Virus record (IMG/VR): IMGVR_UViG_3300000942_000002
Location: 1 to 64,000 of that record
Strand: one strand, 5' to 3'
From: a virus
Lineage: Duplodnaviria; Caudoviricetes
DNA: 64,000 nt
Translations under genes and position numbers: made by a program
In this document: positions 54,866 through 63,558 of the stretch, piece by piece
Layout: each line of letters opens with the position of its first letter
How positions within the stretch are numbered: position 1 is the first letter of the stretch
The notes under the pieces: generated by a model
Databases searched by the model: none
The model's input: only the letters and a program-made list of their open reading frames with translations
What the model was told of the DNA's origin: nothing

Positions 54866-55366
54866 TTATAATAATAGTAATAAATTTTTGTTTAAAAACT
54901 CTTTATCATTTTGAAATAACCATGAAGGCAGATTTTCCAATTGCCCAGATATTGTGTTTTTTCCTGAAATAATAGGCTCATACTTTATAGGATAAGGTTT
55001 TACTCTTATTGTTTCATATTCTTCTTTTCCTTCAAGTATTTTGGCTCTTAATTTATTATGCCTTGGTCCTAAATAGTCTACTTTTATATAAACACCTTGA
55101 TCTTCATACTCTCTACAAATCTGTGCTATATAACGACTAATAGTGTATTTAGCTTTATCATGATTGTATGAATCTACATGATGATCATGAAGTTCAATTA
55201 CCTTGCCTGACTCTATTGCAGTCTCTAATAAAATCTTTGAAAGAATAAAAGTTCTTCCAGTTCTCCTATACCCTATGTTATTTCCTTTTCTCTCTCCTTC
55301 GTCAAAAGAATAGAAAGCTTTTAATTTTTTACAGAATTCTGCATCGAAAATATTCTCTCTTTTCAT
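54866..55366 (-). CDS. Hypothetical protein with degenerate P-loop-like RRTGRT
   Basis: In-operon ORF; motif only suggestive. Confidence 0.65.
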   Translation of the reverse strand: MKRENIFDAEFCKKLKAFYSFDEGERKGNNIGYRRTGRTFILSKILLETAIESGKVIELHDHHVDSYNHDKAKYTISRYIAQICREYEDQGVYIKVDYLGPRHNKLRAKILEGKEEYETIRVKPYPIKYEPIISGKNTISGQLENLPSWLFQNDKEFLNKNLLLLL

Positions 55367-55371
55367 GTTTT

Positions 55372-55887
55372 TTAATTTTGACCAGTGCTCCCAAACCCAG
55401 CAGAACCTCGTCCTTCTCCTTCTTCGTAAGCATCTAACCCTACTTCGTAGATAGCTGGTCTTGCCACTTCAGCAGCAACTAATTGTGCAATCCTTTCTCC
55501 CTTGTCTACTCGATTTAGAAAAGGTGTAGAGTTATACAAGATAACTCCTATTTCTCCAGTATAATCTGCATCTACAGTTCCTGGAGAATTTAATACAGAA
55601 AGGCCTCTTTTAAGACTAATTCCACTCCTTGATCTAACCTGTAGTTCTAAATTATCTGGTATATCAGCTTTTAATCCAGTCCCAAAAAGAATTCTTTCAA
55701 GAGATCTTAATTTAATGTAACCTCTTTTTTCAAATCCTTCTTGTACTTTTTTAAGATTTTCAGGCTCGATTTCTCTATCTCCTCTAAAAACCTTCAAAAT
55801 CTTAAATGCTGTGACATCCATTCCTGAAGCTAATTCAGACCCATATTTAGGCAGGGATGCTCCTTTTTCTACTAAAAATTTTACCAT
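55372..55887 (-). CDS. dut: dUTPase (trimeric)
   Basis: Motifs SGMDV, RSRSG, GTVDADYTGEI, RIAQLV, RGSAGFGSTG. Confidence 0.95.
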   Translation of the reverse strand: MVKFLVEKGASLPKYGSELASGMDVTAFKILKVFRGDREIEPENLKKVQEGFEKRGYIKLRSLERILFGTGLKADIPDNLELQVRSRSGISLKRGLSVLNSPGTVDADYTGEIGVILYNSTPFLNRVDKGERIAQLVAAEVARPAIYEVGLDAYEEGEGRGSAGFGSTGQN

Positions 55888-55958
55888 TTTACTTTTTTAA
55901 TTTTTCTTGTATATAAAGGGTGTAGATCCAATCGTCCACACCCATATAGCTAAAAACT

Positions 55959-56192
55959 TTATTCTCCACCATATTGAATCTCATCTTTATGAGCTATGGT
56001 GTATACCCCGTCACTAGTTATAAACTGGTGCCCTTTTACTGCAAAAATTTCAAATCCCATATCTTCAATTTCTTTACGGAATTTTTCAACTTGAGCTTCG
56101 TGTTTATCACTTTGAGGCAAATCATCAGTTTCAAAACACTTTTGTGTCAAGTCTAAACCTTTGATCTTTTTTATTATACTCCACTCTTGCAT
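55959..56192 (-). CDS. Hypothetical protein
   Basis: In-operon ORF. Confidence 0.7.
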   Translation of the reverse strand: MQEWSIIKKIKGLDLTQKCFETDDLPQSDKHEAQVEKFRKEIEDMGFEIFAVKGHQFITSDGVYTIAHKDEIQYGGE

Positions 56193-56201
56193 TTTCTTTG
56201 T

Positions 56202-58091
56202 TTATAAGATTTCACAGCTACCACCACTACAAGCAAGGTTCTCTTTCTGTGAAGTGTTATCCTTTTTTTCAACTATTAAAGTTAAATCAATAGGATTGGT
56301 TTCTATGTATTTTAATTTTCTGTTAAAAACTTCTTCTGGCACTTCTTCAAAAGGTGCATTTTTATATGTTCCCCCATCAAAAGGAAGAACAGATAACCCA
56401 TTATAATTGTGACGATTTTTCCACATCCATTCACCAACTTCTTTCCACTCCTTTTCTTTTACAGAAACTGTTGCAGAAACATTATTAGTGTTTGGGCCTC
56501 TCCTATGCCCTACATGTACCCACTCTAAATTCAATCGTTTTACTCTTTCAAGAAAATCAATAGCAGTTTCATTCTGTCTTAAAATTGCTTCTTGAGGAGC
56601 TTTTTGTGGGATACCAATCACTGCACTCATCGGATCATATTCCATGATATCTATAAGCTCTGGGTGATAAGTGTTGAAGAAATTGTATAAATCATCTCCA
56701 ACTCTACATTGCATATTTCTAATATATTGAGGGCCATGCCAAGCATGTGCTCCTGAAGCAGTCCCCACTACACAAGAAGTTGTTCCTGCTGGTTTAATAG
56801 TAGTGTTTCTTGCTGCCGGATTTATTCCAATTATTTTTGCTACTCTTTTGTTTTCCTCCATTCCCACAATTGCAGAATGAGTCCAATCTAAAGATTCAAT
56901 TTTACCATCTCCTACACCTGTAATTCCAATACCTATCAAAGCATCTTTCTCTGTGTTTACTCTCCAAATATTTCTTAAGTAATGGAAATCTGTAAACCCA
57001 GCCTGCAAAGTACCAAAGAATCCAGCTACTTTTGCTCTTTTATCTAAATTTTCTTGACTTTCTATAGTTCCTGCATTGATTTCAGTGAGATTACAAAAAG
57101 TAAAAGGTCTTAGTGAAATTTCACAACAAGGATTGGTACCGTATTCTGGGTCATTTGTAAAATATATTCCAGGTTCCCCAGAATTTGAATCTACAACCAT
57201 TTTCCAAAGAGTATCAAATTCTCCTTTTTTTACTCGATTTCTTAAGATAGTGGCAGAATTATTTGCTCTTCCTAACTCTGGATATTTTTCCCACCAGTTT
57301 CCATGTTTACAGGTGGCCATTATTCTGTCATCCATAGAGAACAAAGAAATTAACGCTGCCCTTCTTATTCCTCCAGCTAAAACTGCATCAGCAATAAGAC
57401 AACAAATTCTATGCACTTCAAAAGGAGTAAGTTTATCTCCATTTTCTTTCTGGCTTAACATTGACTCTATCTTAGTCAAACAAATTCTTAATGGCTCTGG
57501 CCCGGGAGCTTTTCCTCCTGCTGTAACTAACATAGCCCCTTTTTCTCTAATATCTGAATAGTCAAATCTAGGTTTAACTTTTGTTATACCATAATAAGAT
57601 TTCATCAATTGCTTAACAGCATCAGACCACCCTTCAATAGAGTCGCCTATTAGATACTTAGCTTGTTTTGTAGGTTTTTGTATTTCCGGTAATTCTTCTA
57701 CATGATGATATTGTACAGAATACCCTGCACCAGTTCCACCAAGTAATAAGAACATCAATTCACTAAAAGCTCTATAATCATTCATTGGCATATAACTACA
57801 GTTATAACCTCTTGCTTCATTCTTTTCAATAGCTGGTCCAGCAAACTGGAGAGCTCTCATAGAAGGAAGAACTTTTTTAGTATACAGATATTGAGCATTT
57901 TTTAAAATCTCTTTTTGTAAATCAACACGAATAACATTGCCTTTATCATCTAGGCAATACCTTTTTATCATCATGTCAATATATCTGTCTACAATTTCTG
58001 ACCAGGTTTCTCTTCTTTGCAAATCTGGACGATATTTTGCATACTTATTGTATACAACAATGTTACTTAGTAACTCTTGCGTTTGATTCAT
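56202..58091 (-). CDS. nrdJ: Class II (adenosylcobalamin-dependent, monomeric-type) ribonucleotide reductase
   Basis: LPSMRALQFAG, YNCSY, GGIRRAALI, GTNPCCEI, TIKPAGT, C-terminal ACSGGSCEI; start MNQTQ at 58091 preferred. Confidence 0.9.
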   Translation of the reverse strand: MNQTQELLSNIVVYNKYAKYRPDLQRRETWSEIVDRYIDMMIKRYCLDDKGNVIRVDLQKEILKNAQYLYTKKVLPSMRALQFAGPAIEKNEARGYNCSYMPMNDYRAFSELMFLLLGGTGAGYSVQYHHVEELPEIQKPTKQAKYLIGDSIEGWSDAVKQLMKSYYGITKVKPRFDYSDIREKGAMLVTAGGKAPGPEPLRICLTKIESMLSQKENGDKLTPFEVHRICCLIADAVLAGGIRRAALISLFSMDDRIMATCKHGNWWEKYPELGRANNSATILRNRVKKGEFDTLWKMVVDSNSGEPGIYFTNDPEYGTNPCCEISLRPFTFCNLTEINAGTIESQENLDKRAKVAGFFGTLQAGFTDFHYLRNIWRVNTEKDALIGIGITGVGDGKIESLDWTHSAIVGMEENKRVAKIIGINPAARNTTIKPAGTTSCVVGTASGAHAWHGPQYIRNMQCRVGDDLYNFFNTYHPELIDIMEYDPMSAVIGIPQKAPQEAILRQNETAIDFLERVKRLNLEWVHVGHRRGPNTNNVSATVSVKEKEWKEVGEWMWKNRHNYNGLSVLPFDGGTYKNAPFEEVPEEVFNRKLKYIETNPIDLTLIVEKKDNTSQKENLACSGGSCEIL

Positions 58092-58112
58092 ATATTTTTT
58101 AAGGGTTAAAGA

Positions 58113-58153
58113 TAAATTTGTGGTTTCTAAAAAATATAGAAACCACAAATTTA
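58113..58153. promoter_or_regulatory. Perfect 17-bp inverted repeat containing a TAnnTTTG element, upstream of nrdJ
   Basis: taaatttgtggtttcta (58113-58129) / tagaaaccacaaattta (58137-58153). Confidence 0.7.
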
Positions 58154-58180
58154 CTTAAAATTTATTGTAGTTTATAAAAC

Positions 58181-59248
58181 TTAACTCTTTCTTTTGATAA
58201 ATTTTACATCCACTCTTCTTGCAAAAGCGTGATTAATTTCTTCAACCTGAGTTCTATCAATACCTTGAGGAGATTCTATAATTCTACTTGCTTCAACACC
58301 TTTTGATATTAATAAAGCTTTCATTATTGCAGTTCTCTTTTTTGGTAATTCTACTCTATTGTAATAGGACTCACTAGATAGGCATGACCAACCTTCCAAA
58401 ACAATGTCATACTGAGGATTTTGCTTTGCAAACAAAGTGACCTTCTCAGAAGCATTTCTAGACCTTGGTTTAATTTCATTACTATCGAAATCAAAGAAAA
58501 TATGTTCTGCTACGGGAACAGGCACTATTTCTTTAATAGAGTATGTTGTTGAGGTTATGTTAACATTTTGTTGGCAACAGTCCTCTTTTTTTGTTGTTTC
58601 TTTTTCAAGACTTTTCACACTAACCGGAACTTCTCCCCAATCTACATGAGGTTTTCTTCTACCATTATCCAAGTATATTCCAACCCTTAAAACAAAATCT
58701 TGTTTAAAGGCTTGAATAGGGTTTCCTGTAGCATCAAAATTACTATTAAGAGTTTTTTCTTGAGTTGTGTTTGCTGTTCCTCTAAATTCCAGACCAACAA
58801 ATCCCCAAGGATTTTTCTTCTGTCCTAAAGAATACAGGACATTTCCTGCTGCTGTATAATTAAACACTCTTTCTTTTAGATTATCTCTTAACCAATAATA
58901 AGTTCCTCCAAATCCAGCAGTTCCGTTAATAGAGAATCTACCTATTCTTGCTATATTTCTGAACATTTCTATTCGGAAACCTTGGGAATAAGCTCTATAT
59001 TCACATTCTGGGTGACCAGGATGGTCTTTTGATCTCAAGACATCAAATTGCCAGTTACCCTGTAAACCAAATTTAGGTGTAAACATATATCTATACCCAG
59101 CATTAACTAGAATCGAGGATCTAGAAGTTCCAAGACCATCATGATACAAGTTTTGCCCTACTCCCATTTCAAGACTCTGCCTTGCAAAATCTTGTGCATT
59201 AATGTTAATAAATATCAACATTGGTAATAAAAATATCAACTTTTTCAT
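58181..59248 (-). CDS. OmpA-family outer-membrane protein (signal peptide, beta-barrel, OmpA-C-like domain)
   Basis: Signal peptide ending INA-Q; alternating beta strands; IFFDFDSNEI...EGW...N..L...R...RRVDVK. Confidence 0.85.
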   Translation of the reverse strand: MKKLIFLLPMLIFININAQDFARQSLEMGVGQNLYHDGLGTSRSSILVNAGYRYMFTPKFGLQGNWQFDVLRSKDHPGHPECEYRAYSQGFRIEMFRNIARIGRFSINGTAGFGGTYYWLRDNLKERVFNYTAAGNVLYSLGQKKNPWGFVGLEFRGTANTTQEKTLNSNFDATGNPIQAFKQDFVLRVGIYLDNGRRKPHVDWGEVPVSVKSLEKETTKKEDCCQQNVNITSTTYSIKEIVPVPVAEHIFFDFDSNEIKPRSRNASEKVTLFAKQNPQYDIVLEGWSCLSSESYYNRVELPKKRTAIMKALLISKGVEASRIIESPQGIDRTQVEEINHAFARRVDVKFIKRKS

Positions 59249-59250
59249 AA

Positions 59251-60195
59251 TTAAATTCTTTGTGGTATTAATATACTTTTATTTGCTGAAGACCTACAGA
59301 TATTAAAATTGAAATCCCCTAAGCATTGTCCATGACCTCCTGTGATAAACCATCCAGAGGCACTCAAAACATTTTCACTAGATGTGACATTTGCTCCAAT
59401 ACCCACTTGAAAAGGTTCAGCTCCAGGTCTGATAGATATAGTATAAATAGGTGATCCATCAACATCTTTCATAGTTCCTGTTATTGTAGAATATTGTCTC
59501 CAGTCAGAATTGTCCACTGTAAGACATTGGTGGTCTTTAACAGTTGAAGAAACTAAATCACTGAAAGTTACATCTAACAAATAAGTTTTATTTGAATTAT
59601 GCTTAGTAACCTTTCCGTATAATCTAGCAGTCCCATCTTCAAATTCTCTGAAGGTTAGATCTTCATTATAATAATAAATATTATCAATCCACATAACATA
59701 TACAGCATCATTGGAACAATGATTTGTATCATAAACATCAATACATTCATGATCACATTTATCTAAACACCATTTAACACGATTTGTTATTTCATTGTCT
59801 TCTAGAGTATTGTTTCTATTTCTGTCCAAACCTATTAACAACCATTTTCCACCGTGTTCACAATCTGCTCCTGGTTCAATAGTTTCAATTCTAATTAAAG
59901 AATTATACCCATTTTCACCATTATTACCTTGTGTTGAACAAATCTCTGGAGAATTTCCTACTTCTCTTTCTTCATATTCTTGGTATCCCCATTCTTCTCC
60001 ATCTTCATGATACTGAAATAAAACATAACAGTCTTCTGAAGTGTATGTGTACCAAAGAGATAATCCATTTTCACCTGGAATTCCTACTCCTGGAGGTCCT
60101 TGTGGACCTGGAGTTTCTGGTACTTCTTCTTTAATTTCACTGATGCTGCAACTTATCAGCAACAATGATAAAAATAAATATAATCCTTTTTTCAT
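59251..60195 (-). CDS. Lipoprotein with collagen-like Gly-X-Y segment
   Basis: Lipobox LISC; GPQGPPGVGIPGENG; PGADCEHGG...GLDRNRNNTLEDNE motif. Confidence 0.75.
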   Translation of the reverse strand: MKKGLYLFLSLLLISCSISEIKEEVPETPGPQGPPGVGIPGENGLSLWYTYTSEDCYVLFQYHEDGEEWGYQEYEEREVGNSPEICSTQGNNGENGYNSLIRIETIEPGADCEHGGKWLLIGLDRNRNNTLEDNEITNRVKWCLDKCDHECIDVYDTNHCSNDAVYVMWIDNIYYYNEDLTFREFEDGTARLYGKVTKHNSNKTYLLDVTFSDLVSSTVKDHQCLTVDNSDWRQYSTITGTMKDVDGSPIYTISIRPGAEPFQVGIGANVTSSENVLSASGWFITGGHGQCLGDFNFNICRSSANKSILIPQRI

Positions 60196-60217
60196 TTTTT
60201 CCTAATTTTTGTAATTT

Positions 60218-60892
60218 TTACATAAACATGCCTTCTCTCCAATCAATTGTTCCAAAAACTTTTGGCATCTCTTCTTCAAGAGTTTCCCCAATAATTCTGG
60301 CAATTAATCTAGCTTCCTTTTGAGTGTGCTCATCTAATCTTACATTAAGAAAAGCAAGCCAACTCCTTAAAGAACCATTCATAGTAAGGGTTGTTGTAGT
60401 ACATCCCGGGAGTATTTCTCTAGCACATTCTTTAGCCACACCTTTTTCTAATAAAGAAAAATAAAGTTGTTGAACTTGTTCTAGATGATCAAATATTGCT
60501 CGATCTGCTAACATGTGGCTATATTCTCCAGCATTATTTCCCAACATAGGATTAAAAACCTCAGTACTAGACTGTCTATTTGTAGAATGCTCCATTCTTA
60601 ACTCAATTGTCTCAAAAGAAACTTTATTTGAATACCTTTGAGAATGTTCTTGAGGTTTTATGCTCCAGTGTCTAAGAAGTTGTCTTCCTATACTACGAGA
60701 AGTCTCAATTTCAAAATTAAAGTTAATCATATCTAAAGGGCTCCAATGTTTGTTGTCCATAAGATGTTTAACTAATTTACCATTATCTTCTTTGATTGTT
60801 CCATGCCTGGCAATTGCAGCCAAGATTTCCTCAGAGGTAAGCTTTTCATATTTGCCTACCCCTGTGGTTTTTGTTACTAGAGTTACTTTCAT
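60218..60892 (-). CDS. thyX: Flavin-dependent thymidylate synthase
   Basis: HWSP, RQLLRHWS...EHSQRYS, AKECAREILP, R....TQKE. Confidence 0.93.
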   Translation of the reverse strand: MKVTLVTKTTGVGKYEKLTSEEILAAIARHGTIKEDNGKLVKHLMDNKHWSPLDMINFNFEIETSRSIGRQLLRHWSIKPQEHSQRYSNKVSFETIELRMEHSTNRQSSTEVFNPMLGNNAGEYSHMLADRAIFDHLEQVQQLYFSLLEKGVAKECAREILPGCTTTTLTMNGSLRSWLAFLNVRLDEHTQKEARLIARIIGETLEEEMPKVFGTIDWREGMFM

Positions 60893-61116
60893 TACTCAGT
60901 TTCTTCAGTTTTTGGTTGTGGAAACCTAGAAATTCTTCTTTCTAAAGCTTGAGAATAAATGTTCATTGCTGATAATTGAGTCTTTAAATCTGCTTTTTCA
61001 GCAGGAATTAAATTCTTATAGTGAGCAGCATCCTCAACTATAAACTTTTCTAAAGCTTCAATTTTTACGTCTAGTTCTTCTTTTTCTGCTAGAGCTCTTT
61101 CTTGAAATTTTTCCAT
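60892..61116 (-). CDS. Small conserved phage protein (crAss001_48-like)
   Basis: FQERALAEKEELDVKIEAL..F...QL.AM..Y...LERRI pattern. Confidence 0.7.
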   Translation of the reverse strand: MEKFQERALAEKEELDVKIEALEKFIVEDAAHYKNLIPAEKADLKTQLSAMNIYSQALERRISRFPQPKTEETE

Positions 61117-61119
61117 TTT

Positions 61120-62733
61120 TTATGTAAATTTAGTTGTTGTTGTGTCATCTTTATTGATGACTGCATAATTACTCGTTAGCAATGTACCTACTATAGATAC
61201 AGCACTTTCTAACCCAATTCTTACTACTTTAAAAGGATCAATAATATTACCTTCAAACATGTTTTCAACATATTCTCCTTTTTTAACATCATATCCTCTT
61301 TGTTCTTCAAATCGAGCTAATTCATTTTCTATAACATCTGGGCTTTCTCCAGCATTTAAAAGAATTTGTCTGAAAGGAGCTTTTACAGACTCTAGTAAAC
61401 TTTTGTATCCGGCTTGAACACTTTCCGTTACTACAGGTTTGAAAGCTTTTCTCTCTAAATGTTTACTTGCATAATAAAGAGCCATACCTCCTCCTTCAAT
61501 CACTCCTTCTGCCAAAGCAGATCTTACTGCACATTTACAATCTTCTACTCTATCTAGTAATTCTTTACCTTCTTCTCTGGAAAGAGCACCCACTTTGATC
61601 ATAGCAACACCACTAGATAATTTACCAAGTCTCTCTTCTAAGATATCTACTTCGTATTTATTCCCTTTGTAATGTTCTAATTGAGATTGAATAAATCTCA
61701 TTCTCTCATTGATTATCTCCTGATCTCCAGCTCCTCCAATAAAAGCAGTATCTAAATTGGTAATTTCTGCTCTTTGAGCTTCTCCAAGATCATCAGGGTT
61801 GAATTGTTCTGGATCAGAATTTTCATCAAATACTTCTCCTCCAAACAATGCTGCCATATCTTTCAATCTAGCAGACCTTTTCTTACCATACCCCGGAGAC
61901 TGCACAATAGCAGATCTTACATTACCTTGGGCATGATTTATAACAAGCCCTCTAAGAGCACTTTCTTGAACATTTTCTGCGACAACTATTAATGGCCTTC
62001 CTTTTTGTCCTGCATATTCTACAGCTTGGAATATTTGTTTGAACTCAGAGATCTTACCATCATAAAGAAAAATGAAAGGATTCTCAAGATCTGCTTTCAT
62101 TTTTATTTTATCTGTCACACAGTAAGGAGAAATGTATCCTCTGTCAAACTGCATACCTTTTACCATATTTACTGTGGTTTCCATGCTATCTCCCTGTACT
62201 ACAGAGATTACAGCATTTATACCAAGCTCTTTGTAAATATTGGTTACAGTTTCAGCAATTTCTTCATCTCCATTTGAAGACACTAAAGCAACTGCTTTCA
62301 ATTCTGGACTATCTGGGCTAACATCACGTTTCTTACCTTCAAGATATTTAAGAATATCAATGCTGGCGATCTTAACTCCTTTTTTGAATTCTAAAGCTTT
62401 TCTTCCTAGATCTAGGTGTTTGATCCCATCATTATAGATGGCTTGAGATAGTACAGTAGCAGTGGTGGTTCCATCTCCAGCTAAATTGTTAGCCCTCATA
62501 GATATGTTTTTGACCAGCTCTGCACCTAAATATTCAATTGAGTTTGAATCAAAATGAATGTCTTCGGCTACACTAACACCATCTTTAGTGATATTGATTT
62601 CTCCAAAAGGGTTTTTAATAACAACTGTATTACCCATTGGCCCCAAAGTGTCCTTTACAGCATCAGCTAACTCGTTAATTCCTCTTTGAATTCCATCTCT
62701 GAATTCTCTTCCTTTTACTAATTTTTCAGTCAT
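61120..62733 (-). CDS. groL: Chaperonin GroEL
   Basis: TLGPMG, ITKDGVSVA, GDGTTTATV, GMQFDRGYISPY, SPGYG, EGGG, IIDPFKV. Confidence 0.95.
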   Translation of the reverse strand: MTEKLVKGREFRDGIQRGINELADAVKDTLGPMGNTVVIKNPFGEINITKDGVSVAEDIHFDSNSIEYLGAELVKNISMRANNLAGDGTTTATVLSQAIYNDGIKHLDLGRKALEFKKGVKIASIDILKYLEGKKRDVSPDSPELKAVALVSSNGDEEIAETVTNIYKELGINAVISVVQGDSMETTVNMVKGMQFDRGYISPYCVTDKIKMKADLENPFIFLYDGKISEFKQIFQAVEYAGQKGRPLIVVAENVQESALRGLVINHAQGNVRSAIVQSPGYGKKRSARLKDMAALFGGEVFDENSDPEQFNPDDLGEAQRAEITNLDTAFIGGAGDQEIINERMRFIQSQLEHYKGNKYEVDILEERLGKLSSGVAMIKVGALSREEGKELLDRVEDCKCAVRSALAEGVIEGGGMALYYASKHLERKAFKPVVTESVQAGYKSLLESVKAPFRQILLNAGESPDVIENELARFEEQRGYDVKKGEYVENMFEGNIIDPFKVVRIGLESAVSIVGTLLTSNYAVINKDDTTTTKFT

Positions 62734-63000
62734 TTACAATATAATTAATATGTCCTGGTAACTCATCACTATATAGTTTTTTCCTTCTATAGTAATTTCT
62801 GCACCGTCATAATACTCTTTGTATTCTACTGTAGGTTTAGAATTCAATTTATTCTTTACCTCAGCAGGAACAGCTTCCCCATATCTAACTACAACTCCTT
62901 TTCTTTCTGGAACTATATCAGACTCAGGTAATAAAACTCCTCCTTTTTCTTTTGCAATCTCTGGTATTTCTACCAAAACATTTTCATGTATTACATTCAT
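62734..63000 (-). CDS. groS: Co-chaperonin GroES
   Basis: NVLV...GGVLLP mobile loop, GVVV.YG, IEGKNYIVM...DIL; abuts groL. Confidence 0.85.
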   Translation of the reverse strand: MNVIHENVLVEIPEIAKEKGGVLLPESDIVPERKGVVVRYGEAVPAEVKNKLNSKPTVEYKEYYDGAEITIEGKNYIVMSYQDILIIL

Positions 63001-63362
63001 AGTTCTAATTTTACTTCTGTGATATCTTTTTGTTCAACTTTAATAAAATATACAGGTTTTCCTGTATTTTTTGCATACTTGATTTCTGCCATTACTCCTA
63101 CAGATTCTTTTATCTTTTCTTCACCTTCTTTAGGTATAAGAACCCAAACTTCATTTGAAAAATCTATAAATTGATAATCAACTTTTTCCCAAAAATTCCA
63201 AGTTCCAGGAAGCTTATGTTCTTTTGCAATAGTATGACAATGGCTAATAGGACTAAACACATTTATATTCTTATTAAGAATAATAGCAGCAGCTTCGTTT
63301 GCCTGTTCAAAACTGCTTTCTTCTATACCTGTATAAGGTATTGCGAGATAAACTTTTTTCAT
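62997..63362 (-). CDS. DUF1937-like protein (nucleoside 2'-deoxyribosyltransferase-like fold)
   Basis: KVYLAIPY...VFSPISH...SVGVMAEI.YA...GKPV. Confidence 0.7.
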   Translation of the reverse strand: MKKVYLAIPYTGIEESSFEQANEAAAIILNKNINVFSPISHCHTIAKEHKLPGTWNFWEKVDYQFIDFSNEVWVLIPKEGEEKIKESVGVMAEIKYAKNTGKPVYFIKVEQKDITEVKLEL

Positions 63363-63532
63363 AACTTTGGGATTTCTTCTTTAACAACTCGACATTTTGG
63401 GTAAGCTAGTTGTAACCCTTTAACCAAACCATCTACATAATCTTCTGATCTGTCAATAGTTCTTTCAGATAAAACAGGCTCATGTCCAAAAATATTTTCA
63501 TATTGTTCTACTCTTACGATATAGTCTTTCAT
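63359..63532 (-). CDS. 57-aa hypothetical protein (not in ORF track)
   Basis: MKDYIVRVEQ...KEEIPKL; ATGA overlap with the 63362 start. Confidence 0.65.
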   Translation of the reverse strand: MKDYIVRVEQYENIFGHEPVLSERTIDRSEDYVDGLVKGLQLAYPKCRVVKEEIPKL

Positions 63533-63558
63533 GGTTTTCTATTTAATTTTTTTAATAC

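Noticed and set aside
54866-55366. Terminase- or helicase-like ATPase call from RRTGRT
   Set aside because: Lys of Walker A replaced, no Walker B, protein too short
55889-55945. 18-aa micro-ORF MGVDDWIYTLYIQEKLKK filling the gap before dut
   Set aside because: Too short to support from sequence alone
58092-58148. ORF-track N-terminal extension MWFLYFLETTNLSLTLKKY of RNR
   Set aside because: Runs through the inverted repeat and promoter-like element; MNQTQ at 58091 has a typical A-rich leader
58113-58153. NrdR box upstream of nrdJ
   Set aside because: Palindrome length and sequence do not match the 16-bp acaCwAtATaTwGtg consensus
2286-63404. Numerous 60-170 aa ORFs antisense or out of frame within long genes (e.g. 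36109..36612, 57076..57561, 44244..44624, 7203..7421)
   Set aside because: Fully overlap motif-supported genes; Ser/Phe/Leu/Ile-rich composition expected from reverse-complementing AT-rich coding DNA
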